Of a DNA stretch of 64,000 nt, positions 41,590-52,823 are shown one piece after another. The translations under genes were made by a program, and so were the position numbers. Origin of the DNA: an uncultured Chloroflexia bacterium (GTDB taxonomy: Bacteria > Chloroflexota > Anaerolineae > CG2-30-64-16); assembly GCA_963810095.1 (NCBI GenBank), contig CAWEMM010000006.1, positions 768,001 through 832,000 of the forward strand, in the 5' to 3' direction. How positions within the stretch are numbered: the stretch's first letter is position 1; the number at the start of each line of letters is the position of its first letter. A model generated the notes under the pieces. That model was not told where the DNA came from, ran no database searches, and worked only from the letters and a program-made list of their open reading frames with translations.

Positions 41590-43551
41590 CTACTTTGCCG
41601 CCAGCCACATGAACTGGTACGGCGCCAGCACGAGTTCCTCTCGCAGCGCCACATCCTGCCCCGTCACCAGGTCGCCGAATTCATAACTCAGGCCGTTTGC
41701 GCGCACCGTGTTAGCGGCAACGGGCTGCTCGCGCTCGCTGAAGTTGCACAATGCCAGCAGCCGGCCTTGGCCGCTCTGACGGACGTAGGCAAACACGTGA
41801 CCGTTCCCGGGGTCGACGACCTGCATCGCGCCGTCTGCCAGCGCCGGCGTGTCCTTGCGCACCGCGGTCAATCGCTGAAGCGCCGCGTAGATGCGGTTCT
41901 CGATCGTGCCGGGCTCACAGCGTCGTTCGACCCGGTCCCAGTCGGTGAACGGGCGGTGCACCCACCGGCTGTCCGCAGCCTTCGCCGGGTCGAGGCGGTA
42001 GCGGTAGTCGTTCTCGGTGCCCACCTCGTCGCCCAGGTAGATGAGGGGGATACCGCCGATCGAGAGGATCACGCTGTGGATCAGCAGGATGCGCCCGATA
42101 GCAAGCTCGACCTGCCCAGGCTGCTGCTGCTCAGGCTGCCGAAGCAGCCCCCCCTCCTCGCGCAGCGCCTTCTCCAACCCCGAAAGGGACGCGCACGTGC
42201 CCGAAATCCGGGCATCGCCGGTGCGCGGGTTCTCCTGGAACGTCAGCCCTCGGGCAAAGCTGCCGGGGAACTTGCCCGTGTAGAACGCGTTGAGAAAGCG
42301 CCGGTGATCGTAACCGTTGATCCCCAGGCGCCACGCCGCCGCGTCGTCGAAGGTCCAGCCAATGTCGTCGTGCACGCGGACGTAGTTGACCCACGCACAC
42401 CCCGGCGGGATGTGAAACCGCTCGGCCAGCGACTCCTTCAGCAGGCGCACCTCCCGCGTCGCCAGCGACTCCCACAGCAGCGCCATGAGCAGCGGGTTGT
42501 ACGACAGCTGGCATTCGTCGGGCGAAATATAGCGGGCGACTTCGTCCGGGTGGACGATGGCCTCTGACTTGAAGAGCAGCGCTGGGGCCGCGATGCGTGC
42601 CAGCGCGTTGTACGCCTGGATGATCATGTGCGCTTCGGGCAGGTTCTCGCAGTTCGTCCCCATCTGCTTCCAGATGAAAGCGACGGCATCGAGGCGCAGC
42701 ACTTCCACGCCGGCGTTCGCCAGCGACAGCATCTCTTCCAACATCGCCCGAAACACCGCCGGGTTGCCGTAGTTCAGGTCCCACTGGAAGCTGTAGAAGG
42801 TCGTCCATACCCACTTGCCCATGTCGGGCCGGTAGGTGAAGCTGCCGGGCCGGGCATCGGGGAAGATCTCGCGCAGCGTCCGCTCGTACGCGTCGGGCAC
42901 GGTGCGATCGGGGAAAATGTAGTAATAGTCCTCGTACTCCGGGTCGCCTGCCTGTGCGCGGCGCGCCCACTCGTGCTCGTCCGACGTGTGGTTGAACACG
43001 AAGTCCACGGTCAGGCTGATCCCCTGGCCGCGCAGCTCACAGGCGAGGTCGGACAGCTCGGCCATCGACCCCAGCCTGGGATTGACCTCCCGGTAGGAGC
43101 TGACCGCATAACCGCCGTCGTTTTCGCCTTCCGGCGCTTTGAAGAGGGGCATCAGGTGCAGGTACGTCAGGCCCAGTTCCTCGAAATAGGGGAGCCGGGC
43201 ACGCAGGCCGGCCAGGTTGCCGGCAAACAGGTCCACATAACACACACCGCCCAGCATCTTCTGCGACTGGAACCAGGCCGGGTCGGCCTCACGGCGGGCG
43301 TCGAGCACCTTCAAATCCGCCGGCCGGGACAGCGCCAGGCGGCAGGCCGTCTCCAGAATCTGCTCCAGGTGGTAGAAGAAATCGTACCGGCCGCCGTAGA
43401 GATGGTGAAGCAGCCCGAAAAGGCGCTCGAAGTGGATGACGAGACGAGCTTCGACGGCCTGCCATTCGGCGGCGGGAGCATCAGAGAAGGTCGCGCGCAG
43501 CCGCGGCAACACGCGCGTCAGACTGAGATGGGCTTCTTTGCGTAGGTCCAT
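41590..43551 (-). CDS. Amylosucrase / sucrose hydrolase (GH13_4)
   Basis: [56 protein letters not shown]. Confidence 0.92.
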   Translation of the reverse strand: MDLRKEAHLSLTRVLPRLRATFSDAPAAEWQAVEARLVIHFERLFGLLHHLYGGRYDFFYHLEQILETACRLALSRPADLKVLDARREADPAWFQSQKMLGGVCYVDLFAGNLAGLRARLPYFEELGLTYLHLMPLFKAPEGENDGGYAVSSYREVNPRLGSMAELSDLACELRGQGISLTVDFVFNHTSDEHEWARRAQAGDPEYEDYYYIFPDRTVPDAYERTLREIFPDARPGSFTYRPDMGKWVWTTFYSFQWDLNYGNPAVFRAMLEEMLSLANAGVEVLRLDAVAFIWKQMGTNCENLPEAHMIIQAYNALARIAAPALLFKSEAIVHPDEVARYISPDECQLSYNPLLMALLWESLATREVRLLKESLAERFHIPPGCAWVNYVRVHDDIGWTFDDAAAWRLGINGYDHRRFLNAFYTGKFPGSFARGLTFQENPRTGDARISGTCASLSGLEKALREEGGLLRQPEQQQPGQVELAIGRILLIHSVILSIGGIPLIYLGDEVGTENDYRYRLDPAKAADSRWVHRPFTDWDRVERRCEPGTIENRIYAALQRLTAVRKDTPALADGAMQVVDPGNGHVFAYVRQSGQGRLLALCNFSEREQPVAANTVRANGLSYEFGDLVTGQDVALREELVLAPYQFMWLAAK

Positions 43552-43599
43552 GGCTATCGCCGTCCTTGCTAAGGGATCGGGTGTCTGGGCAGCCGGGAA

Positions 43600-43644
43600 G
43601 GAAAAAGGGAAAGCCCGGCGCCGGGTGCCGGCCTTTCCCTTTCC
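43600..43644 (-). terminator. Hairpin between ABC permease and amylosucrase genes
   Basis: GGAAAAAGGGAAAG ... CTTTCCCTTTCC. Confidence 0.5.
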
Positions 43645-43680
43645 ATACCACTCAACGTCTGCGAACAGCCGGCCGGTCGT

Positions 43681-44817
43681 TTACCCCTTCACCGACCCGG
43701 CCATCATGCCGCGCACGAAGAAACGCTGCAAGCTGAAGAACACGATCAGCGGCAGGATCATCGAGACCAGCGCGCCGGCCGTCATCAGGTGCCAATCGTT
43801 GCCGCGGGAACCCACCAGGTTCGCCAGGAACATCGTCATCACCTGGTTGCCCGGCGTTGCGCCGAGGAAGATCAGGGCCACCAGGTAGTCGTTCCAGGTC
43901 CAGAGGAACTGGAAGATGGCAAACGACGCGAGCGCCGGCACCGACAGCGGCAGGATCAGTTTCTGGAAGATGGTGAAATGTGAGGCGCCGTCGATGAACG
44001 CCGACTCGAGGATGTCGCGCGGGATCGTGCTGATGTAGTTGAACAGCAAGTACACGGCGAGGGGCAGGCCGAAGCCCGTATGCGCCAACCATACCCCCAG
44101 GAAGGTGCCGTTTAGCCCGATTTTGGCGTAGTCCTTCAGGATGGGCACAAAGGCGATCTGCAGCGGCACGACGAGCAGCGCGACGACCATGATGAACAGC
44201 GGGCGGCGTCCGGGGAACTTCATCCAGGCGAAGCCGTACGCAGCAAATGCCGCAATCAGGATCGGGATAACCGTGGATGGAATGGCGACAATCAAGCTGT
44301 TGATGAAGGGGTCGAGCATGTTAGCGCCGGGCACGGTTTGTACGGTGCCGTTCGGCTGCCGGATGTCGACCGACTTGCCGCCGATCACCTGTTTGTAATT
44401 GTCGATCGTGAAGTTGGGGTTCGTCATCCAGCCCAGTTTCTGGACCTCGATGGTGCCGGTGCGCCGGTTGCCGATCCAGATGAGCCGGGTGTTGCCGACC
44501 TGGATGCCCTGGCGGAACTGCTCGAAGGTGCCCTGCCCGCCCTCGATCTGCATCACACCGTTGCGATCGACGCCTTCAGGCACGGGGACAGTTCCCGTCG
44601 TCTGCCATTCCCGATGGGGCAGAATCATCCACCAACCGGTGGTCTGGATGTCAAAGCGCGTGCGAAACGACGAAGTCACGAGACCCACGACCGGGACCAG
44701 CCACGCAATCACGATCAGGACCAGGATGCCGTTGACGAGGATATCCGAGAGCACGTGACGCTGTTTCTTCGGCTTGACTTTCGTTGCAGCAGTCGTAGCA
44801 GTGGTGGTTGCGGCCAT
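43681..44817 (-). CDS. Carbohydrate ABC permease (AglG-like)
   Basis: ILESAFIDGAS EAA loop; FQFLWTWND; LQRFFVRGMMAGSVKG. Confidence 0.92.
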   Translation of the reverse strand: MAATTTATTAATKVKPKKQRHVLSDILVNGILVLIVIAWLVPVVGLVTSSFRTRFDIQTTGWWMILPHREWQTTGTVPVPEGVDRNGVMQIEGGQGTFEQFRQGIQVGNTRLIWIGNRRTGTIEVQKLGWMTNPNFTIDNYKQVIGGKSVDIRQPNGTVQTVPGANMLDPFINSLIVAIPSTVIPILIAAFAAYGFAWMKFPGRRPLFIMVVALLVVPLQIAFVPILKDYAKIGLNGTFLGVWLAHTGFGLPLAVYLLFNYISTIPRDILESAFIDGASHFTIFQKLILPLSVPALASFAIFQFLWTWNDYLVALIFLGATPGNQVMTMFLANLVGSRGNDWHLMTAGALVSMILPLIVFFSLQRFFVRGMMAGSVKG

Positions 44818-45968
44818 TAGAACGCCTCCTGGCTGCGGAACTGCCGCAGGTTATAAACCATGACCGGGATGACGGCGATCAACAGGATGATCGCGATGGC
44901 CGACCCATAGCCGGGATTATTGTTCGTGAAGTACTCCCGGTAGAACTGGGTGGCGATCACCTGCGTGTTGAACTGGCCGCCTGTCATGACCCAGACCACG
45001 TCAAAAATCTTCAGGGTGAAGATGATGACCGTGGTGGCGACGGTGATGATGGTGCCCATGATGTACGGGATCGTGATCTTAAAGAACGCCCCGATCTCGG
45101 TCGCGCCGTCTACCCGGGCAGCTTCGAGCAAGTCTGACGGGACGCCCTTGATGGCTGCCGAGAAGAGGGTCATTGCATAGCCGGCCTGCAGCCAAATCAT
45201 GATCACAATGAGAAACAGGTTGTTCCAGGGCTGGAGCTGAGCGGAGGCCGTCCAGGCCACCGGCGGGTTGCCGGTCAGGCTGGTATAGACGTTGTTGAGC
45301 ATGCCGATGTTGGGGTTCACGGCGTAGATCATGTTCCATGCAATCGCGCCGCCGACCATCGAGATCGCCATTGGCATGAAGACCATGGCTTTGGCGAACT
45401 TCTCGAACCGGCTGCGGTCGGCAAGCACCGCGACGAGCAGGCCCAGGACGACCGAACCGGTCGCACCGAAGATGATCCACATGATGTTGTTGCGAAATGC
45501 CACCAACATGGGATTGTTGGCCGTGGGCGCGAAGATAGCGAGGTAGTTCTTCAACCCAACGAACACCTGACCGTCTACAGCGAAGAGGCTCGCATAGAAA
45601 GTGCGTACGGTCGGCAGTGTTAAGTACCAGATCAAGATTGCGATGGCAGGTCCGACAAACACGAAGGGCTGTAAACGGCCGCGCCACGTGTCTCCCAGGC
45701 GTTCCACGAACCAGTTGGAGACCAGGTACAGGAGCGCCACGCCGCCCACGCCCCAGATAATCGCCACAATCGCAACCACCCACTTGGATGCATCAGAATC
45801 CTTCAGGAATATGAACCCGAGGTAGAGGATGATGAACGTCGCGATTGGGACAAACAGCGACAGCAGGATGCCTCCGATGACGGTCCCCACTCGTGCCAGT
45901 CCACTAGGCGGCTCATGGGGTTCCAGCAACGGGCCCGCTGATTTGGTCGATTCTGGCATTCCTTCCAT
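44817..45968 (-). CDS. Carbohydrate ABC permease (AglF-like)
   Basis: FMPMAISMVG, LLEAARVDGA, LKIFDVV.VMTGG. Confidence 0.92.
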   Translation of the reverse strand: MEGMPESTKSAGPLLEPHEPPSGLARVGTVIGGILLSLFVPIATFIILYLGFIFLKDSDASKWVVAIVAIIWGVGGVALLYLVSNWFVERLGDTWRGRLQPFVFVGPAIAILIWYLTLPTVRTFYASLFAVDGQVFVGLKNYLAIFAPTANNPMLVAFRNNIMWIIFGATGSVVLGLLVAVLADRSRFEKFAKAMVFMPMAISMVGGAIAWNMIYAVNPNIGMLNNVYTSLTGNPPVAWTASAQLQPWNNLFLIVIMIWLQAGYAMTLFSAAIKGVPSDLLEAARVDGATEIGAFFKITIPYIMGTIITVATTVIIFTLKIFDVVWVMTGGQFNTQVIATQFYREYFTNNNPGYGSAIAIILLIAVIPVMVYNLRQFRSQEAF

Positions 45969-46233
45969 GGGTATGTCCCTCCCTGTTGCACCGCATGGGT
46001 GCCTTCGGAGATCCTCAGGGCGCTGAGGGCTGTGGGGTGACACGAGCAGAGCGCATTACAGGGCTCTCCGGCAGCACACGGTGAATGCCTTTGCGGCAGT
46101 GCCTGCGCGATGACTCGTCTGCCAGAAGGTGGCCCTCGCTACACACTCCAACGCGTGCGTCAGGCGAGAGCCACCCCTTGCCGGGGGAATTAAGCGCATC
46201 CCCCCGGCGTTCCTTGACCTAGGCGTCTCGCGA

Positions 46234-47739
46234 CTACTTAGGCCACGCGGCGTCGATCTGCTTCAGGACGGTGTCCAGGTCGGCAGCACCGGAGAAGTAG
46301 TCGGTGAAGCCCTTCCACTCGGCGCCCGAGCCGACCGCGCCGGGCATCAAGTCAGATGCGTCGAAGCGGACGGTCGTAGCCTCAGAGGCCAACCCTGCGA
46401 TCGTGCGCTCGAGCGGGATACCGTACATCTCGGGCGTCACGTCGTTCTGCGGGCCGAGCGCGCCGCCGGCCGCCAGCCAGCCTTCCACGCTCGCCGCGGT
46501 CGACATCCACTGCATGACCGCGCAGACCTCAGGCCGGTCCTGGGTCGCCGAGACCAGGTCGCCGGCGATCAGGAACGGCTTGCCGTACGCCGGGTCCACG
46601 GGCGGGAGGTAGAACACGTCGTAGTCCACGCCCGGCTGTGCTTCCTTCGGGAAGAAGGAAGTGATGAAGTTGCCCTGGCGGTGCAGCCAGCACTTCGGCG
46701 GGTTCTGGAACATCGGCGCCGGCGCGTCGCTGAACTGGGTCGTGACGATGGCGGCCTTACCGCCGTAGACCATCTTGTCGTTGTTCCAAATGGGCGCGAA
46801 GGTCTCGATCGCCTTCTTCACCTCGGGCGAGTCGAACTTCAGCTCGCCCTTGACCCACTTGTCATAGTTCTCGGGCGACGTCGTGCGCAGCATCATGTCC
46901 TCGGTCCAGTCGGTCGCGGGCCAGCCGGTGGCTGCGCCCGACCCGATGCCGATGCACCACGGCGTGTCGCCGTCGGCTACGATCTGGTCCTGGAGCTTCA
47001 GCAGTTCGTCCCAAGTCGTCGGTACCTTGTAGCCGGCCGCGTCAAAGGCCTTCTTCGGGTACCACACCAGGCTCTTGCCGTTGAACCGCCACCACAGGCC
47101 CGACATCTGGCTGCTGCCATCCGAGTAGGGCATGTTCGCCATGTCGAGCCAGGACTGCTTGTAGTTTTCCTTCAGCCAGGACTCGGGCACGAACTTCGTG
47201 ACCGGCATTACCTTGCCCTGCTTGAAATAGGTGCCGGCCAAGCCGGGCTGGGGCCAGTCGAGGATGTCCGGCGCGGTGCCGGCCTGCATCTGGGTGCCGA
47301 TTTCGGCCTCGAACTGCTTCGAGCCGACGTACTGGATCGTGATGCCGGTGGCTTCTTCGAACGCCTTGCGGTCCTGCTGGAACTTCACCTCGTCGTCAGA
47401 GGTAAAGGGACCGGTCATGCTGACCTTGGTGCCCTTCATCTTGCCGTTGTAGGCATCGGCGAGACAGGTGAGGCCCTTGGACGCGGCGCCTTCAGCGCTC
47501 GCACCGACCCCCGCGGCTGCAGGCGCAGCGGGTGCAGTTGTCGCGGCCGGTGCTTCAGTTGCAGCCGGCGCTGCAGGAGCTTCAGTTGCAGCCGGTGCTG
47601 CAGGAGCTTCAGTCGCAGCCGGCGCAGTCGTCGCAGCGGGTTGCTGCGCGGGTGCTTGCGTCGGCGCGCTGGTCGGGCCGCACGCGGCCAACACCATGGC
47701 CACGAGGACGAACAGGGTGAGAACGGTCCACTTCTTCAT
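46234..47739 (-). CDS. Alpha-glucoside ABC substrate-binding lipoprotein (AglE-like) with APAATEAP linker repeats
   Basis: Lipobox LAAC; KSLVWYPK, WCIGIGSGAATGWPATDWTED, RFDASDLMPGAVG. Confidence 0.92.
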   Translation of the reverse strand: MKKWTVLTLFVLVAMVLAACGPTSAPTQAPAQQPAATTAPAATEAPAAPAATEAPAAPAATEAPAATTAPAAPAAAGVGASAEGAASKGLTCLADAYNGKMKGTKVSMTGPFTSDDEVKFQQDRKAFEEATGITIQYVGSKQFEAEIGTQMQAGTAPDILDWPQPGLAGTYFKQGKVMPVTKFVPESWLKENYKQSWLDMANMPYSDGSSQMSGLWWRFNGKSLVWYPKKAFDAAGYKVPTTWDELLKLQDQIVADGDTPWCIGIGSGAATGWPATDWTEDMMLRTTSPENYDKWVKGELKFDSPEVKKAIETFAPIWNNDKMVYGGKAAIVTTQFSDAPAPMFQNPPKCWLHRQGNFITSFFPKEAQPGVDYDVFYLPPVDPAYGKPFLIAGDLVSATQDRPEVCAVMQWMSTAASVEGWLAAGGALGPQNDVTPEMYGIPLERTIAGLASEATTVRFDASDLMPGAVGSGAEWKGFTDYFSGAADLDTVLKQIDAAWPK

Positions 47740-47846
47740 GTTCTTCTCCTTCTTACATAGTGGGCAAACGAACTGTACTTGTGGTTGACATCATGAACGC
47801 TATATTCGTGGATTTGTTCCTCCTTCTTTAAGCTTGAAACGTCCAA

Positions 47847-48843
47847 TCACGCCGTCTGTCGCTTGACGAGGGTCAGCGGCAGCCACACATCCTGGGCGGG
47901 CCGCGATGGGTCGGCCAGGCGTGACAGCAAGAGATCGACTGCCACCCGGCCCGACTCTTCGAGCGGCTGCCGGATGGTAGTCAGGCCAATATAGTCGGCG
48001 ACGTCGATATCGTCGAAGCCCATGACGGCAAGCTGCTCGGGCACCTGGATGTTGCGCTTGCGGGCGGCCTTGAGCACGCCCATTGCCTGCGTATCGCTGG
48101 CCGCGAAGATGCCGTCCGGAGGCTCCGCCAGGCTGAGCAGTGCGTGCGCCGAGCGCTCGGCATTTTCCAGGCTGTGGGGGGCACGGGCGATGTACTGCGG
48201 GGGGAGATCGACCCCTAGTTCGGCCAACCGCGCGCGGAATCCCTCGAGCCGGGTGTCGCTGGTTGGCAGGGCATAGTCGGGCACATCGGCATCGCCGACG
48301 AAGGCACAACGCCTGCACCCGAGCGCCAGCAGATGCGCGGCGGCCACGGCGCCCCCGGCCGCGTCGTCGATTCGTACACTGGAAAACCGCGGCCGCGAGA
48401 ACTCGATCAGGACGGTCGGCAGGCTGTGGTCCACCAACCGGTCAGCCGCCTGGTCGTCGAACGGGAGGGCCATCACAATCAGGCCGTCAATCCGGCGCGT
48501 CACTGGCAGGCTGGCCAGCCAGCCGATGCGTCGCGAGGAAGAATCGACGTTGTAAATGGCTAACTCGAAGGGTGAATCGGCCACCGTCGCGGCAACGCCG
48601 CGGAGGCGCGCTACAAACGAAGGGAAGGTGAAGAAGGGGGCGAGTACGCCGATGCGGCCGTGCATCTTGCGGGCCCGGGCGGCCGCTTCGGCCTTTGGCA
48701 CGAAACCAAGCGCATCGATGGCTTGCTGGACCCGGATGCGGGTGCCTTCGTTGACGCGGTCGGGGGTGTTGAGGACAGCGCGAGACAGTGGCAATGCTGA
48801 CGCCCGCCTGCTTTGCGACCTCGTAGACAGTCACCTGCGACAC
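47847..48843 (-). CDS. LacI family regulator (apparent frameshift ~48777)
   Basis: VTVYEVAKQAGVSIATVSR HTH in one frame; sugar-binding domain with GFDDI..GLTTIRQP in the next. Confidence 0.9.
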
Positions 48844-48873
48844 GCCATCTACCTCGCACTTTGTGTGTCTAAA

Positions 48874-48937
48874 GGTAAACAACTTCCATGAAAGCACTTA
48901 CATGAGACAAAATAGCACCGACAGGCGCCGGTGTCAA
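48874..48937 (-). promoter_or_regulatory. Promoter and LacI-type operator
   Basis: TTGACA-17-TATTTT on the minus strand; operator CATGAAAGCACTTACATG 48887-48904. Confidence 0.65.
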
Positions 48938-49013
48938 GAGGGCATGTCAGAAACTGGCGAGAAATTTAAGGTTAAGCGGGGGAAGACGGGAGACGGGGCG
49001 CCAAGACGGCGCA

Positions 49014-49448
49014 CTATCCCTTGCTGGCTTGCTGGTCGTCCAGGCGTGCGCGACGGGTGTCGAAGTCCTCAGCAGGGTCCGAAGACGCCAGCTGCTCGGC
49101 CGGCAGCTTCCGCATGGGGATGGCGTTGTCGGCCCCGGGCGTGCGAGCCGCGACGCGGGCGAACTCGACGGTAACGCCCATCGACGCAGCCAACCGCGCG
49201 GCCAGCGCCTCGAGCTGCTCGACCTCGTCTGCATACTCCGCCAGCCGCACCCCGTCGTTGGTCGCGGTGAGAATGGCCGCGTCGTTGACGAATAGGCGGG
49301 TCTCTTCCCGGCCTTCGACCGTCCGGGCCGTTCGGACCAGCTTGACGGTCGGCGCACTCCCCGAGGACTTGGCAAAGGTTCGGGCCAGGATCACGCCGAG
49401 TCCCACCCCGACAACAAGGACGACGAGATAAGCGATTTCAACAAGCAC
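49014..49448 (-). CDS. Hypothetical protein with N-terminal membrane anchor
   Basis: Hydrophobic N-terminus, GGAGG RBS, host-like codon usage. Confidence 0.6.
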   Translation of the reverse strand: MLVEIAYLVVLVVGVGLGVILARTFAKSSGSAPTVKLVRTARTVEGREETRLFVNDAAILTATNDGVRLAEYADEVEQLEALAARLAASMGVTVEFARVAARTPGADNAIPMRKLPAEQLASSDPAEDFDTRRARLDDQQASKG

Positions 49449-49592
49449 TGAGGGCCTCCACGCGGTGATCTTTCGCTAGTATACAACCCCCACCGCGTTT
49501 CGTCCTACTCCCGGCCGCCCTGCATGGGAGACCAAAAAGAGGGCGCCTCCTTCCGCCCTGCGACCGAAACTCGCGCCCCGACTTCCGCACAC

Positions 49593-49656
49593 TTGACACC
49601 CCAGCAACCCTCTGATACGATACGCAGGTGAAAAATGAAAGTGATTTTCAATTTCA
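49593..49656 (+). promoter_or_regulatory. Promoter and Zur/Fur-type box overlapping the first codons
   Basis: TTGACA-17-TACGAT; TGAAAGTGATTTTCA 49636-49650 within TGAAAAATGAAAGTGATTTTCAATTTCA. Confidence 0.7.
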
Positions 49657-50134
49657 GTCGAACGATACCGGCGCCGGTCTCGTCGATTTGCTGACGCGGG
49701 CCGGCTACTCGAACACCCGGGCACGCCGCGCCGTCCTCGACGCGCTCCTGGCGGCCGACGGCCCCGTGACCCCGGCCGAGTTGCTTGGGGCCGCACGCAC
49801 CCGTCATGAGGCACTCGGGTTGGTGACGGTGTACCGGACCCTTGAAATCCTGGAAGCCCTCGGGCTCGTCCGCAAGCTGCACCTGGCAGAAGGCTGCCAC
49901 AGCTACGTGCTAAGCACGGTGGGGGGCGCGCCTGGCGATCCCCGGGACGCGGCAGGCGCGCAGGGTCACGGCCATCATGTCATTTGCCAGGCGTGCCACC
50001 GGGCGGTCGAGTTCGCCGGCTGTGACATCGAGGCGGCGATCGCCGCGGTGCAAGCGCAGACCGGCTTTGCCGTGCAGAGCCATTGGTTGGAGATGTTCGG
50101 GCTGTGCCCTTCGTGTCAGGAGAAGCAGGCGTGA
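49628..50134 (+). CDS. zur: Fur family regulator, probably Zur
   Basis: GLVTVYRTLEIL, HGHHVICQAC, GLCPSC; first gene of a Zn ABC operon. Confidence 0.8.
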   Translation: MKNESDFQFQSNDTGAGLVDLLTRAGYSNTRARRAVLDALLAADGPVTPAELLGAARTRHEALGLVTVYRTLEILEALGLVRKLHLAEGCHSYVLSTVGGAPGDPRDAAGAQGHGHHVICQACHRAVEFAGCDIEAAIAAVQAQTGFAVQSHWLEMFGLCPSCQEKQA

Positions 50135-51081
50135 AAATCCTCGTGTGGTTGGTGCTGGTTGCCTCATTAGTCATGACCGGCGGGTGTGCCGCGCCCGCCG
50201 CATCCACAGGGGCAGCGGCCGGGCGGTCGCCGGCGGCGCCGCTCAAGGTGCTGGCGGTCGAGACCTTCCTCGCGGACATCGCCCAGAACGTTGCCGGCGA
50301 CCGCCTGGCCATTGGCTCGCTCATCCCGGTCGGCGTCGACCCGCACAGCTTCGAGCCTACGCCTGCCGACGTCAGGAACGTCGCGGGCAGCGCGGCGCTC
50401 ATCATCAACGGCGCCGGGTTCGAAGCTTTTCTCAGCCCCCTGATGGCTTCCATCAAAGGCCCGGTGGTGATCGACGCGTCAACCGGCCTGGCCAGCCGCC
50501 AGCCCCAGCCGGGCGAACACCCCGCCGGTGAGGCCGACGCTGCGCATGCGGAGGGCGACCCCCATTTCTGGCTCGACCCGACGAAGGTTGTGGCCTACGT
50601 GCAAAATATCCGCGACGGGCTGACGGCCATCGATCCGGCGGGCAAGGAAGCCTACGCGGCGAACGCGGCGGCTTACATCGCCAAGTTGAACGAGTTGGAC
50701 GGCTGGATCAAGCAGCAGGTCGCGCAAGTACCGGAAGCCCGCCGCCTTCTCGTGACCAATCACGAGAGCTTCGGCTACTTCGCCGACCGGTACGGGTTCC
50801 GAGTTGTCGGGTCTATCGTGCCGAGCGTAAGTTCGGCCGCGTCGCCCTCCGCACAGGACCTCGCCCGGCTCAGCGACGAGGTGAAGGCTACGGGTGCGCC
50901 CGCGGTGTTCCTCGAGACCGGCTCGAACCCACAGCTTGCCGACCAGTTGTCCGGTGAAACAGGCATCAAGGTTGTTACCGGTTTGCTCACCCACTCGACG
51001 ACGACCAAAGATGGGCCCGCACCCGACTACCTGAGCATGATGCGGTACGACGTCAACGCGATTGTCGATGCCCTGCGGTAA
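50131..51081 (+). CDS. znuA: Zn/Mn ABC substrate-binding lipoprotein
   Basis: DPHSFEP, DPHFWLDP, TNHESFGYFA. Confidence 0.85.
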   Translation: MKILVWLVLVASLVMTGGCAAPAASTGAAAGRSPAAPLKVLAVETFLADIAQNVAGDRLAIGSLIPVGVDPHSFEPTPADVRNVAGSAALIINGAGFEAFLSPLMASIKGPVVIDASTGLASRQPQPGEHPAGEADAAHAEGDPHFWLDPTKVVAYVQNIRDGLTAIDPAGKEAYAANAAAYIAKLNELDGWIKQQVAQVPEARRLLVTNHESFGYFADRYGFRVVGSIVPSVSSAASPSAQDLARLSDEVKATGAPAVFLETGSNPQLADQLSGETGIKVVTGLLTHSTTTKDGPAPDYLSMMRYDVNAIVDALR

Positions 51082-51151
51082 GGATGTGGCCGGTGCCGCC
51101 TGGGCGACCGGCAGACAGACGCCGGGCAACGAAAGACAGAAGTAGGCGAGA

Positions 51152-51979
51152 ATGGCTCTATCCAACCTCCTGCGCAGGCCGGAGACGCACAACGCGAACG
51201 CCCCGGTCGTTTCGTTTGACCACGTCAGCGTCCGCTATGACGGCGCGGCGCCGGCACTGGACGACGTCTCCTTCGACCTTTGGACCGGCGAGCGGGTGGC
51301 CGTCGTCGGACCGAACGGCGCGGGCAAAAGCACGCTGCTGAAAGTGGTCGCGGGCATCCTCGCGCCCTCCAACGGGCGGGCCGACGTCTACGGCTACGGT
51401 GCGGGCGGCCACATCTGCATCGGGTACGTGCCCCAGCGTTCGAACGTAGACTGGACATTCCCGGTGAGCGTGGCAGATGTGGTGATGATGGGACGAGTGG
51501 CCAAGATCGGCATCCTGCGCCAGGCCGGCCGGGGCGATTGGCAGCGAGTGCAGGACGCGCTGGCCCAGGTGGGCATGGAGGGTTATGCCAAGCGCCAGAT
51601 CGGGGAGCTTTCGGGCGGACAGCAGCAGCGCGTCTTCATCGCCCGCGCGCTGGCTCAGGAAGCCGAGCTCCTGCTCATGGACGAGCCGCTGACCGGGCTC
51701 GACATTCCTTCGCAGGAGGCCATTTTCGGCATCCTCGATCAACTCAAGCAGCAGCGGATGACGGTGCTCGTCTCGACGCACGACCTGCAGCTCGCGTCCG
51801 AGAAGTTCGACCGGCTCATGCTCCTAAAGCGTGGCCTGCTGGGTTTCGGTCACCCCGCCGAGGTGCTGACGCCCGAAAACCTGCACCGGGCGTACGGCAG
51901 CCACCTGACCGTCTTGTCGGGGCCCGAGGGCGTGCTGGCGCTGTCTGACACCTGCTGCGAGGGCGAGAGCCATGATTGA
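51152..51979 (+). CDS. znuC: Metal ABC ATP-binding protein
   Basis: GPNGAGKST, GYVPQR, LSGGQQQR; C-terminal DTCCEGESHD. Confidence 0.88.
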   Translation: MALSNLLRRPETHNANAPVVSFDHVSVRYDGAAPALDDVSFDLWTGERVAVVGPNGAGKSTLLKVVAGILAPSNGRADVYGYGAGGHICIGYVPQRSNVDWTFPVSVADVVMMGRVAKIGILRQAGRGDWQRVQDALAQVGMEGYAKRQIGELSGGQQQRVFIARALAQEAELLLMDEPLTGLDIPSQEAIFGILDQLKQQRMTVLVSTHDLQLASEKFDRLMLLKRGLLGFGHPAEVLTPENLHRAYGSHLTVLSGPEGVLALSDTCCEGESHD

Positions 51980-52823
51980 GTTCCTCCTGTCGCCCTTGCG
52001 CTACGAGTTCATGGTGCGGGGCCTGTTGGCGGCGGTCACTGTGGGCATCGTCTGCGCGGTGCTAGGCACCTACGTCGTGCTACGCGGGATGACCTTCTTC
52101 GGCGATGCGCTCGCACACGCCATCCTCCCCGGTGTAGCGGTCGCCTACCTGCTGGGCGGGGGCAGCCAGGGCCCGTTGTTCTGGGGCGGCCTGGTGGCCG
52201 GCGTCGGCACGGCCCTGGGCATCGGCGCGCTGAGCAAGTCGGGCCAGGTGCGCGAGGACACGGCCATTGGGGTCATCTTCGCCGGCATGTTTGCGCTGGG
52301 CATCGCGCTGATCTCCACGGTCCGCAACTTCAGCGTCGACCTGACACACCTGATGTTCGGGAACGTGCTCGGCGTGTCGACCTCGAACCTAGTGCTGACC
52401 GTGGTGTTTGGCGCGCTCGTGCTCGGGCTTGTCGTGGCGTTCTACAAGGAGTTCCTGGTGATCTCCTTCGACCCGGTGCTGGCGCAAATCCTGCGCATCA
52501 ACGACCAGACGTTTCGCTATCTCCTGCTGATCATGCTGGCGGTGACGGTGGTCACGGCGCTGCAGACCGTAGGCGTCGGCCTCATGGTCGCGATGCTCGT
52601 CACGCCCGCAGCGACGGCCTCGCTGCTCACCCGGCGCCTGCCCGTCATGATGGCGGTTGCGGCAACCATCGGCGCACTCTCCGCCGTCATCGGACTTTAC
52701 CTCTCATACTACGTCAGCATCGCGTCGGGCGCGGCGATCGTGCTGGTCTGTACAACTTTCTTCCTGCTGGCACTGGTGTTTGCACCGAAGCGGGGGCTGC
52801 TGGCCCGACGCCGCTTGCACTAA
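51972..52823 (+). CDS. znuB: Metal ABC permease
   Basis: GDALAHAILPGVA, EDTAIG, FDPVLA, MLVTPAATA. Confidence 0.88.
   Translation: MIEFLLSPLRYEFMVRGLLAAVTVGIVCAVLGTYVVLRGMTFFGDALAHAILPGVAVAYLLGGGSQGPLFWGGLVAGVGTALGIGALSKSGQVREDTAIGVIFAGMFALGIALISTVRNFSVDLTHLMFGNVLGVSTSNLVLTVVFGALVLGLVVAFYKEFLVISFDPVLAQILRINDQTFRYLLLIMLAVTVVTALQTVGVGLMVAMLVTPAATASLLTRRLPVMMAVAATIGALSAVIGLYLSYYVSIASGAAIVLVCTTFFLLALVFAPKRGLLARRRLH

Noticed and set aside
47500-47670. Tandem DNA repeats in the sugar-binding protein gene (also 63090-63185)
   Set aside because: Ordinary Pro/Ala/Thr lipoprotein tether (APAATEAP).
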